A program made the position numbers and the translations under genes. The notes beneath the pieces were generated by a model, which saw only the letters and a list, made by a program, of their open reading frames with translations, ran no database searches and had not been told where the DNA came from. From Pyrodictium delaneyi (GTDB taxonomy: Archaea > Thermoproteota > Thermoprotei_A > Sulfolobales > Pyrodictiaceae), in NCBI RefSeq assembly GCF_001412615.1, contig NZ_CP013011.1, positions 1,950,001 through 1,982,000 of the forward strand: a stretch of 32,000 nt of DNA. The letters are read 5' to 3'. Positions 24,721 to 32,000 of this stretch are shown here, one piece after another. Position 1 is the stretch's first letter, and the number at the start of each line of letters is the position of its first letter.

Positions 24721-25955
24721 CGCTGAGTGCGCCGAGGCTCGTATATGTAGCGTTTCTCGGGGTTAGTATGGCCTAGCAGTACTAGTGCCCCGGAGCCACC
24801 TACAGCCTCCAGCATAGACGCTAGATGGCCTACTATCTTTCTCCTCAACAGTTCTAGCATGCGGGACTCGAGCCTGGTATACTCGTCTACGACGTCTATC
24901 GGGTAGGGGAGTCCCGTAGCAGGGTTGGTAAGCTTGTTCAGCATTGAGAGCGTCTTCTCTAGGCCCAGGCCGCCATAGTCTAGTACCTCTACGCGTACAG
25001 CTTGATGGTTCGGATGGCTCACAGAGGGCTTATAGAAAGCCACGATCACTCTGCTATATTCTCGTCTAGCGGCTAGCCTTTCCTCGACTATGCCCTGGTA
25101 CTTCCTAGGCTCGACACCTTTCTCCGCAGCTATTATCTCGGCATAGCGTGGGAGTAGTTCTCCGAAGGAGCCGAGTACGAGGTACTCGCCATTGCCTAGC
25201 AGTAGGCTCATGATAGCCTTGTCGTTGAGGCTTAGTCGACGACCGAGCCTAGCACCTAGGAGGCGAGAGTAGCTCCTCTTAACCACACCTACAAGCGTTA
25301 TCCCCAGGCGCTGTGCTCTCTCAAGCAGTTGTGCTACTGAGTCGTCGAGCTTTGCTAGTATGCGGCTCTTGGAGACAGCTTTCTGGCTCTTGAATAGGAG
25401 CTGGTATGGTATCAGCTCACCGTCGAAGAGGATTATACGAGCGTCCATCAGTCCCTGTTCTACGTAGCCTAGTACGCGGTGTGCTACAGCCTTCTCCACG
25501 AGCTTCGCGTAGAGTGGTAGGATTCTATGTGCATCCTCGGTGTCGACAAAACGTGCACGTGCGTAGACGTCGTAGGGCCTCACACCCCTAGCTCTGAGAC
25601 CACCGAACCCAACATAGCCGGCTACTACTGCTACCAGGTGGCCACCGACTAGATCCATGCCCCCGTCTATGGGGAAAGTCGAGTCTATAGCTACACCTGG
25701 CAGAGGGTTCTCGCTGCCTAGCCTGCCGCGGGGAAGGCTTTCCAGGATTCCTCGTATTTCTCTACTCCCGTCGTACTCTTCGCGGAAGCTTAGTATCTTG
25801 TTAGCTATCTGCTCTGCGAGTTGCCGGCTAGTCTCTAGTAGACTCTGGACTGCTGGTGTCAGCTCGATTTCTTCCTCCTCCTCGTAGAAGCCAGGCATGC
25901 CGGGTGGCCCAGAGCTGGGTCCCGGCTCTCCCATGGCCCATGCCATTGCTCCCAC
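24717..25955 (-). CDS. nurA: NurA-domain nuclease
   Basis: GVAIDSTFPIDGG (NurA catalytic Asp motif in the RNase-H-like fold), later ILFDGELIP and VKRSYSRLL-type segments. 412 aa. Glu-rich N-terminal linker. Family called from motifs only. Confidence 0.72.
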   Translation of the reverse strand: MGAMAWAMGEPGPSSGPPGMPGFYEEEEEIELTPAVQSLLETSRQLAEQIANKILSFREEYDGSREIRGILESLPRGRLGSENPLPGVAIDSTFPIDGGMDLVGGHLVAVVAGYVGFGGLRARGVRPYDVYARARFVDTEDAHRILPLYAKLVEKAVAHRVLGYVEQGLMDARIILFDGELIPYQLLFKSQKAVSKSRILAKLDDSVAQLLERAQRLGITLVGVVKRSYSRLLGARLGRRLSLNDKAIMSLLLGNGEYLVLGSFGELLPRYAEIIAAEKGVEPRKYQGIVEERLAARREYSRVIVAFYKPSVSHPNHQAVRVEVLDYGGLGLEKTLSMLNKLTNPATGLPYPIDVVDEYTRLESRMLELLRRKIVGHLASMLEAVGGSGALVLLGHTNPEKRYIYEPRRTQR

Positions 25956-26066
25956 ACGGCTCCTACACTAGGTACTAGAACCAGGTAGTACCTTGAATAC
26001 CCGCCGAGGCCATGAAGGCGGCGCCTCGCTGATGACCAGCACGTCTTACGAGGTAGCGCTGAGAGT

Positions 26067-27218
26067 GTGGGGTCTATGGATCGCCGTGCCCTACTACTGG
26101 CAGCGCTACAAGCGCTACACGTATCGAGCTGGAGCGCATACTATGCACTAACTAGGAAGCTCTACAATGACAACCCTGAGTTCTTAGTCATGCTTGCTGC
26201 CGCCGAGACATTACCCACTGCTGTCGGCATGTTTGGCGCATTACTTGCCGAAAAGAGGGGTTACCACGCTGCACTGGCACTAGGCATCCTTGAAGGCCTC
26301 TTCCTAGCCATGGTAGGCGTGTTCATCGACCAGCCCCTAATGTTATGGCTAAGCGCTCTGCTCGCGAGCCTCTTCTGGTCGACATCAGGGCCGCAGATAC
26401 TCGGTTACACTATGACGCTCGCCGGCGGCAGCGGCACAGTATTAGGCCTTGTACTCGCCGGCAGTACACTCGGATGGAGTATCGGCGGTGCACTAGCACC
26501 TCTACTCTCCGATATCATTGGAGCCAGCCACGTGATGATTATATCAGGAATTATCACTATGACTATGTATCTCGCCCTCATACTATTGTCTGACAACCTA
26601 AAGCCAGGCAAGGAGAGGACCAACTGGAAGCGTACACGCTTCATAGCCGCTATAGCCTTGTTATCTAGCCTCGTGTTCACAGGAACCGAGATCATAGGCT
26701 CACTATACATGGCCAAACTCAGTGTTGAGACGGGCAGCAGCGCCGGCTACGCCGCCGCCAACGCTGCCACTGGGCTCGTTGCCGCAGCTGTTAGGCCTGC
26801 AGCCGGCTCGATAATAGACCGTGTCGGTGAGAACTTTGTGCTCGCCGCTGGCCTGGCAGCGTATACGGTGTACATAGCATTACTCTCGTCACTCCATGGG
26901 CTAGCATTCGTGCTTGTCTGGCTAGTGCCCATATATCCGTTTGTCGACACGAGCCTCTACAAGCTCGCTGCAAGACTCCTCGGCGATGCTATGGGCTCAG
27001 CTGTAGTGTCTTCAAGCTATAGTATAACAGGTCTAGTGCTACTCGCAGCAGCACGCATAGAGCTAGGGGAGAGCGGCTATACGCTACTAGCAGTGGCATC
27101 GTTCCAACTAGCCCTAGTTTTATCCATAATACTGTCTAGGACTGCTAGCCGCTGGCAACCTCACGGAAGAGTTTATCTTATTAGCGGGGGGCGTACGCGC
27201 AAGCTTGGGGGACGCTAG
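26067..27218 (+). CDS. MFS-type transporter
   Basis: 383 aa with about 11-12 hydrophobic segments and a central basic loop ([13 protein letters not shown]), as in major facilitator proteins. No substrate inference. Confidence 0.62.
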   Translation: MGSMDRRALLLAALQALHVSSWSAYYALTRKLYNDNPEFLVMLAAAETLPTAVGMFGALLAEKRGYHAALALGILEGLFLAMVGVFIDQPLMLWLSALLASLFWSTSGPQILGYTMTLAGGSGTVLGLVLAGSTLGWSIGGALAPLLSDIIGASHVMIISGIITMTMYLALILLSDNLKPGKERTNWKRTRFIAAIALLSSLVFTGTEIIGSLYMAKLSVETGSSAGYAAANAATGLVAAAVRPAAGSIIDRVGENFVLAAGLAAYTVYIALLSSLHGLAFVLVWLVPIYPFVDTSLYKLAARLLGDAMGSAVVSSSYSITGLVLLAAARIELGESGYTLLAVASFQLALVLSIILSRTASRWQPHGRVYLISGGRTRKLGGR

Positions 27219-27219
27219 C

Positions 27220-27393
27220 ATGGCTGGCCCACGCGATCCGGAAGTCATGAAGATAATCTATCAACGTGTACTTAACAAGATGGTTTGCAGGAAGTGCGGT
27301 GCGCTAAACCCACCTGGCGCCAAGAAGTGCCGGCGCTGCAAGAGCAAGAACCTTAGACCAAAGCGCGTACTAGCAGGCATGAAGAAGGGCTAA
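27220..27393 (+). CDS. rpl40e: 50S ribosomal protein L40e
   Basis: [31 protein letters not shown] zinc-ribbon. ATG 27220 preferred over TTG 27205 because the length then matches L40e. It starts 1 nt after the MFS stop. Confidence 0.9.
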   Translation: MAGPRDPEVMKIIYQRVLNKMVCRKCGALNPPGAKKCRRCKSKNLRPKRVLAGMKKG

Positions 27394-27395
27394 AC

Positions 27396-27818
27396 TCAGT
27401 CTCTTCCCTCCTCCCTTGTTTCTGTCTCAGCTCCCTCCTCCATCCTTGTACGCTCAAGGATCCTTCGGACACCATCTATCACGTATAGTATAGCCTCCTT
27501 GAGCTTGCGCGCATTATCCACGTATTCGCCTGGCAGGTCGTAGACCACTGTTATGAAGCCCTCGTAGTCCAGGGCATACTTGTAGGTCGTGCTGGTAAAG
27601 TTCTCCTCTAGTAGTATTCTTAGACCCTCCCGCGTCGGCTCTACGTCGAGTGGCGCTGTCACGCGTAGCATCCCCGTATCACGGTCATAGATTATGGCAA
27701 GCCCTATCGATTCTCCCCGTCTATCCTTATACTCTACAACTATGTTGCCATGAACTCGGCGGTATGGCAAGCCGAGAGCTCGAACATAGACTTCTACGTC
27801 AGATATATCTGACACCAT
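27396..27818 (-). CDS. hypothetical protein (140 aa), possibly YbjN/chaperone-like fold, acidic tail
   Basis: Clean ATG ORF with an alternating beta/alpha-like sequence (VEVYVRALGLPY...IVVEYKD...LAIIYD...LRVTAPL...ILLEENF...) and a Glu-rich C-terminus. The fold guess is weak. Confidence 0.55.
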   Translation of the reverse strand: MVSDISDVEVYVRALGLPYRRVHGNIVVEYKDRRGESIGLAIIYDRDTGMLRVTAPLDVEPTREGLRILLEENFTSTTYKYALDYEGFITVVYDLPGEYVDNARKLKEAILYVIDGVRRILERTRMEEGAETETREEGRD

Positions 27819-27915
27819 TACATGGACACCCGAAGTAACCAGCCGTGCTGGAATGGAACCCCCTCCTCCTGGTTAGGCCCGGTCGGGGTATTGAGCATAG
27901 CCCGGAGAGATTTAC

Positions 27916-28983
27916 TCACGTTATTGGCTGGGGTTGCAGCCCACGGCTCCGGAGAAAGTTCTCTACGATACGCACCACCTCGCTAAAGACCCTCTCTAAG
28001 CTAGCCCTTACAGAGGCTCCTGCAGCTTGTGCGTGACCTCCTCCTCCACCGCCGAGACTGCGGCTGAGCTGCTCCATGATGTCACGACCTAAATGCAAGC
28101 CAAGCTTCTCTACAATACTCTTCCGTGCCCGGCCAACCACTCTCGTCTCTGAGCCACGCTCAGAGACTACTATCACGAGGTCGGCGCCAAGGTCGAGTAT
28201 TGCGCGCGCTACGCTGGACTCGTAGGCCCCCACATGGGTGAATGCTATGATGTAGTCGCCTGCCCGTATACTATGCATCCTCTTCGCGCCTTTTATCCGA
28301 GCTATCCGCTCAGGGGGCTCCATGGGCGGCGATTGTAATGCCTTTAGTACGCGCTCGAGGCTCGCACCCTGCTCGAGAAGCTCAGCTGCTATCCGGAGCG
28401 TCCTTGCATTTGAGAGTATGAAATGTCTAGTATCATATACTATGCCTGCGAGAAGTAGTTCTAACACTGGCTTTTCGAGACGCAATCCCAGTACATGCGT
28501 AGCCATGAGGTATACTAGCTCGGAAACTGCACGGGCATGCGGATCATATATAGCTACTTTTGCACGTTCCACCAGCTTGTTAGAGGAGTGATGATCTATT
28601 ACGACAAGGAGCACGTTGAGCGCGAAATTGGCTAGTTCCCCTAACTGCTCGGGTGACGCTGTATCAACAACAACAGCCATGGCCGATTCTTCGGGGGGTT
28701 CGTCCTCCACGTCGCCTGGCTCCTTTCCCATTATGTCTCGTACTAGCCTTTTACTAGCCTGGCTAAGCCCCTCGGGAAAGACCAACCTAGCATCGTAGCC
28801 GCTGCTACGTAGTATCTCCTTTACAACATATGCTGCTGCTAGTGCGTCAGGGTCTGCGTTACGATGCCCCATGACTACTATCGGCGTACCCGCTTCTTCT
28901 GCTAGATTTAGCATCTCCTCCGTCTTTTTCCTGAGCCATTCTGGCACGTAGCTGTTCTTCAAGCCACCTTGCTGCCTCGTCAA
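27916..28983 (-). CDS. DHH/DHHA1-family phosphoesterase (NrnA-like nanoRNase / pAp phosphatase type)
   Basis: VVMGHRNADPDALAAA (DHH motifs I-II), VVDTAS, VIDHHSS (DHH motif), and the DHHA1 motif GGGGGHAQAAGA. At 355 aa it is shorter than RecJ/GAN-type proteins. Confidence 0.85.
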   Translation of the reverse strand: MTRQQGGLKNSYVPEWLRKKTEEMLNLAEEAGTPIVVMGHRNADPDALAAAYVVKEILRSSGYDARLVFPEGLSQASKRLVRDIMGKEPGDVEDEPPEESAMAVVVDTASPEQLGELANFALNVLLVVIDHHSSNKLVERAKVAIYDPHARAVSELVYLMATHVLGLRLEKPVLELLLAGIVYDTRHFILSNARTLRIAAELLEQGASLERVLKALQSPPMEPPERIARIKGAKRMHSIRAGDYIIAFTHVGAYESSVARAILDLGADLVIVVSERGSETRVVGRARKSIVEKLGLHLGRDIMEQLSRSLGGGGGGHAQAAGASVRASLERVFSEVVRIVENFLRSRGLQPQPIT

Positions 28984-29239
28984 TAGCCTCAGCCACTACC
29001 TCATCGTATGATAAGGGGGCTATCAGCCTACCCGTAACCCTAACATCTATGTTTATGCGTAGACTTTTACCGTCCGGACTAAGTTCACCCTCTACTATGA
29101 GATCTAGTTCTTCTAGTCGCCGGCGTAGCACTCGTTCTAGATGCTTCGAGACTATCCTCTCGACACCGGCAAGTAGTTTCTCCAGCTCCTCGGGCGTCAA
29201 GGGCTTCTCTTCGAGTCCCACGCTTACTATGCGCGGCAT
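28859..29239 (-). CDS. small conserved-looking archaeal protein of the prefoldin/exosome neighbourhood (possibly DUF3194-like)
   Basis: 126-aa ATG ORF. The core (EKPLTPEELEKLLAGVERIVSKHLE...DLIVEGELSPDGKSLRINIDVRV...YDEVVAEAIDEAARWLEEQL) looks folded. The last ~30 aa overlap the DHH gene start and look low-complexity. The family name is from memory and uncertain. Confidence 0.55.
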   Translation of the reverse strand: MPRIVSVGLEEKPLTPEELEKLLAGVERIVSKHLERVLRRRLEELDLIVEGELSPDGKSLRINIDVRVTGRLIAPLSYDEVVAEAIDEAARWLEEQLRARMAQEKDGGDAKSSRRSGYADSSHGAS

Positions 29240-29427
29240 TTCCTGTCACAGCCCTCCTTCAAACAGACACTGTTGACTCCCACTACACTGGGTTTTAGTT
29301 AGCCGAGCCTCCTCTTAGAGAGCTTCTCGACCACAAGCCCCCAGCATAGGAGAAGCAGCGGGCCAAGAATACCGTAGACGCGTGGCGAAATGAGAGCTAA
29401 AAACCCGAGACACTACTGCGGAGCTGG

Positions 29428-29805
29428 CTAGCCTCCTGCGCCTCCCTGTTTGCCTAACGTGAGCCTTGTCTGTAGCTGCTTTATCTCCTGAGCAAGCTTG
29501 TCGAGCTGCTTCTTTATCTCATCCTCCTGCTTCTTGAGCTTCTGAAGTCTTAGCTCGAGTATTTCTAGCCTATCCTTCAGCTCTTGAATCACTTTGTTCC
29601 GGTCGACGCGTACCAGTATATTCGCCTCCATACGGTAGACAGGTGCGTCCTCGCCTGCCTCCTCTAGGAGCTTGAGCACCTTCTGCGTCTCCGCTACTTC
29701 GCTCTCAACAGCAACTCTCTCTTGAGCGATGCGTGCATACTGCGCCTGTAGGCTTTGGAAGCGTGCAAGTTTGTTCTCTAGCTCTGGCGGTATACGCTGC
29801 GCCAC
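29428..29805 (-). CDS. pfdB: prefoldin beta subunit
   Basis: 125 aa. N- and C-terminal heptad coiled coils (LENKLARFQSLQAQYARI..., ...LEILELRLQKLKKQEDEIKKQLDKLAQEIKQLQ) flank the beta-hairpin core PVYRMEANILVRVDRNKVIQEL. Confidence 0.87.
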   Translation of the reverse strand: MAQRIPPELENKLARFQSLQAQYARIAQERVAVESEVAETQKVLKLLEEAGEDAPVYRMEANILVRVDRNKVIQELKDRLEILELRLQKLKKQEDEIKKQLDKLAQEIKQLQTRLTLGKQGGAGG

Positions 29806-29807
29806 AA

Positions 29808-30062
29808 CTATCCACCTGTAGCCGCAACCGCTTCGAGTGTCGCTGCTGCTAGGCTAAGATAAGCGTTTATCAAGGTCCTAGCTGCGGAAGGGTCGCGCGC
29901 CTCAATACATATTCTCAAAACGCCATCCCTGCTGCTTACCTCTACCCGGCCCCTACGGGGGTCTGGAGGGTTACGTGCCTCTGTCTCCAGAGCCTTTACT
30001 AGGGCTTGGACTAGCTTCTCGGAGAGGCCCTTTAGCTCTATACAGCCTGAGACCCGTGTCAT
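29808..30062 (-). CDS. pcc1: KEOPS complex subunit Pcc1-like
   Basis: 84 aa with pattern CIELKGLSEKLVQALVKALETE...GVLRICIEARDPSAARTLINAYLSLAAATLEAV, typical of Pcc1/CTAG. Position between Brix and prefoldin beta matches the conserved superoperon. Confidence 0.7.
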   Translation of the reverse strand: MTRVSGCIELKGLSEKLVQALVKALETEARNPPDPRRGRVEVSSRDGVLRICIEARDPSAARTLINAYLSLAAATLEAVAATGG

Positions 30063-30624
30063 AGTCTACCACGCTCGCTAGCCGCAGGAGCGGGCCACAT
30101 ACTCTACCAGTGCTGCAGCGGAACTCTATCTCGGCTAGAGAGCTCCTACCCCTATTGACTACAGCGACTACATCAAACCGGCTAAGGGCCTCCTCGTAGT
30201 CTACAGCTATGCCTGCCAGCATGGATCTAGCCAGTACGTCTGCTAGACGGTGCAAATCCTCGCCGGCAGCCGGTGAGACGTATATGCCGAGGCTCCTAGC
30301 GCCGTATGCTCTCTGCGCTCCAGGCGTCTCCCGGGAAAGTCTCACACCTTCAAGAATCATACGAGTCATTAGTCGAAGCTCCATCTCTGGAGGCTCAAGC
30401 GGCTCATATACGCTTAGTGTACCCGGATTACCCTTCCAGACTGATACTATTATCACACGTTGGGCACCACGTGCAACTGCTTCATAGTATAAGTCGCGGA
30501 ATGTTGCTTTGCCGCGTGTAAGTCTTTCAGCCTCCGGGAGAACCGAGACCAGGTCTTTGACAAAGCTTCTCACACGCTGCGTAGGCCGATGCGACGTCGT
30601 AACTATTATACGGACCTTCTTCAA
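29971..30624 (-). CDS. Brix-domain (Imp4-like) ribosome biogenesis protein
   Basis: MKKVRIIVTTSHRPTQRVRSFVKDLVSVLPEAERLTRGK...VIIVSVWKGNPGTLSVYE is the typical archaeal Brix N-terminus. A ~30-aa tail overlaps pcc1. Confidence 0.8.
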   Translation of the reverse strand: MKKVRIIVTTSHRPTQRVRSFVKDLVSVLPEAERLTRGKATFRDLYYEAVARGAQRVIIVSVWKGNPGTLSVYEPLEPPEMELRLMTRMILEGVRLSRETPGAQRAYGARSLGIYVSPAAGEDLHRLADVLARSMLAGIAVDYEEALSRFDVVAVVNRGRSSLAEIEFRCSTGRVCGPLLRLASVVDYDTGLRLYRAKGPLREASPSPSKGSGDRGT

Positions 30625-30869
30625 GGCTCTATCACGCTACAAAGCACTCCTAAGCTCTGAATACATTCTCCACGGAAAGGACTATTCTAGTCTAGATTAT
30701 TATTAATGCTGATTGGGATTACAGGAAGTTATAGTCTACACCTAAGCAATCCTGGAAAATAGGCATGCTTTGTAGACAAAACAGACCTCCTCAAACAGTA
30801 TAAGACTTTGGTTGCCTTGCTGCTAGGTACTATCAAAACTATTACTCAATCCCTGAGGTTTTTGTGAGA

Positions 30870-31136
30870 TTAATCCTCACGAATGATTATCTTGGGGAAG
30901 TTCTTGTTTAGCCCGGTCCTCGGCACATAAGCGCCGCCAGCCCACACTGCACCACACTTAGTGCATGTCCAGAGACCAACACTAATTCTCTTGACATGAC
31001 CCTTAACTCCACAGAATGGACATACATGGTCCGCATACCGACGCTGCATTACGTCTCTCCAACGCTTTCTTAGCGTAGAGCCGTAGCGCGGACCAAACCT
31101 TCCAGCTATGCCTACCGTGCGCGTACGTTTCGCCAT
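30870..31136 (-). CDS. rpl37ae: 50S ribosomal protein L37Ae (eL43)
   Basis: MAKRTRTVGIAGRFGPRYGSTLRKR... with the zinc ribbon CPFCG...CTKCG. 88 aa. Confidence 0.93.
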   Translation of the reverse strand: MAKRTRTVGIAGRFGPRYGSTLRKRWRDVMQRRYADHVCPFCGVKGHVKRISVGLWTCTKCGAVWAGGAYVPRTGLNKNFPKIIIRED

Positions 31137-31210
31137 TACTGTGTCCCCCGCGACCCTTGGAGCTTAGAGGCCTAGGTTATAAGGAGTGTTGTCCACTACC
31201 ATCCAATACT

Positions 31211-32000
31211 TTACTCATTTCCGGATTCGTCGGCTTCCTGAACCGCCTCATCAACCACCTCGGTTGCCTCGACCGGCTCTTCATGCTCCTTGGGTGGAGG
31301 TGGCGGTGGCTGCTGTTCTTCACCGGGTGTTTCCGCTTTCATCTCTTCCTCCAACTTAGCACGGTAGGGTAGAACTATATCCTCAAGTACCCTATGGTAT
31401 ACACTAGCCTTGTTTAGAGCTATGCTTACAGCCGTTAGTACCTCACGATAATCTAGATCACCCATACCAGTTTTCTGTATGCCTGCAATCCTTCCATCCT
31501 CGCTAACTGCTACAACCATCCTCGTATCAGCTACTTGCTCTTCCTCGTATGTTGGATCAACTATGAGTTTTCCAGCCACCTTAGCGATAGTTACTGTCAC
31601 TACACGGTGATTTACGGGTAGTATCATTGTGTATTTGCTGCGGTCTACCTGGTATCCGTTCTCAGTCTTCACAGCTGTTGGCAGTCTAGCAGAGAGGAGA
31701 GCAGCCATAGCAGCCAACATCGAAGCATCGAACAAGTTGCCATCATGGTTCAGCACGTATATATCCACGAATACGCGCCATACATGCTTTCCGGGTTCTA
31801 AGACAAGCTTGTCTAGGGCTACAGCCTTTATCTCACGCAGACTCCTATCTATCACGCGTGCCAACTCTATAGCATTCTCGTCTGGTGGGCCTGGCTCAAA
31901 CGTCGGCGACGCAAGCGGCACAAACTCGGCATGTACGACAAGGACCCCCTCATTAGGTGTATCGGGGAAAGGAGCAACTATGTCAGTCTTTATACCAGCA
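31211..32000 (-). CDS. rrp42: exosome complex component Rrp42 (RNase PH-like), 5-prime end beyond window
   Basis: The track ORF starts at an internal GTG. The frame stays open to the window end (own translation AGIKTDIVAPFPDTPNEGVLVVHAEF-VPLASPTFEPGPPDENAIELARVIDRSLRE). RNase PH domain 2 follows, then an unusual acidic/Pro-rich tail. Confidence 0.88.
   Translation of the reverse strand, partial: AGIKTDIVAPFPDTPNEGVLVVHAEFVPLASPTFEPGPPDENAIELARVIDRSLREIKAVALDKLVLEPGKHVWRVFVDIYVLNHDGNLFDASMLAAMAALLSARLPTAVKTENGYQVDRSKYTMILPVNHRVVTVTIAKVAGKLIVDPTYEEEQVADTRMVVAVSEDGRIAGIQKTGMGDLDYREVLTAVSIALNKASVYHRVLEDIVLPYRAKLEEEMKAETPGEEQQPPPPPPKEHEEPVEATEVVDEAVQEADESGNE

Noticed and set aside
1-32000. Looked for CRISPR arrays, tRNA T-loop motifs (GGTTCRAATCC and complement), rRNA, IS elements and integrases
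   Set aside because: No regularly spaced repeats, no tRNA-like cloverleaf signatures and no transposase or integrase-like ORFs were found by eye. A proper scan (tRNAscan-SE, Infernal, CRISPR finders) is still needed to exclude small RNAs.

Overview
32-kb stretch of an archaeal chromosome. It is gene-dense (about 35 protein genes on both strands). By eye I found no rRNA, tRNA, CRISPR array, integrase or transposase. Marker genes are ribosomal proteins L40e and L37Ae, exosome Rrp42, KEOPS Pcc1, prefoldin beta, a Brix protein, archaemetzincin, a TmcA/Nat10-type cytidine acetyltransferase and GatA. These, plus R/E/L/V-rich proteins and frequent GTG/TTG starts, point to a hyperthermophilic crenarchaeon (Desulfurococcales-like; this assignment is inference). 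The right end (27.9-32 kb, minus strand) is the conserved archaeal exosome/prefoldin superoperon. The middle carries transport and maintenance genes: a DUF1646-like permease, a CDF-like exporter, a P2-type cation ATPase, an MFS transporter, a small multidrug export protein, an HhH-GPD glycosylase and an RlmI-like methyltransferase. Most of this is ordinary housekeeping. Five things deserve a second look. (1) A stand-alone, tail-to-tail HerA-like ATPase / NurA nuclease pair with no mre11-rad50 nearby. (2) An SMC/ABC-type ATPase whose Walker A motif lies upstream of any in-frame start codon (frameshift, recoding or decay), in an A/T-richer segment. (3) A 433-nt ORF-free, partly very GC-rich region upstream of tmcA whose 5-prime part is perfectly complementary over 12 nt to the tmcA Shine-Dalgarno region. 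(4) A ThiS-like GG protein translationally coupled to a TtuA/NcsA-type tRNA thiolase, followed by an uncharacterised Cys-containing ORF. (5) Three convergent gene pairs whose stop codons share the palindrome CTAG. None of these is proven novel, and no database search could be run here.
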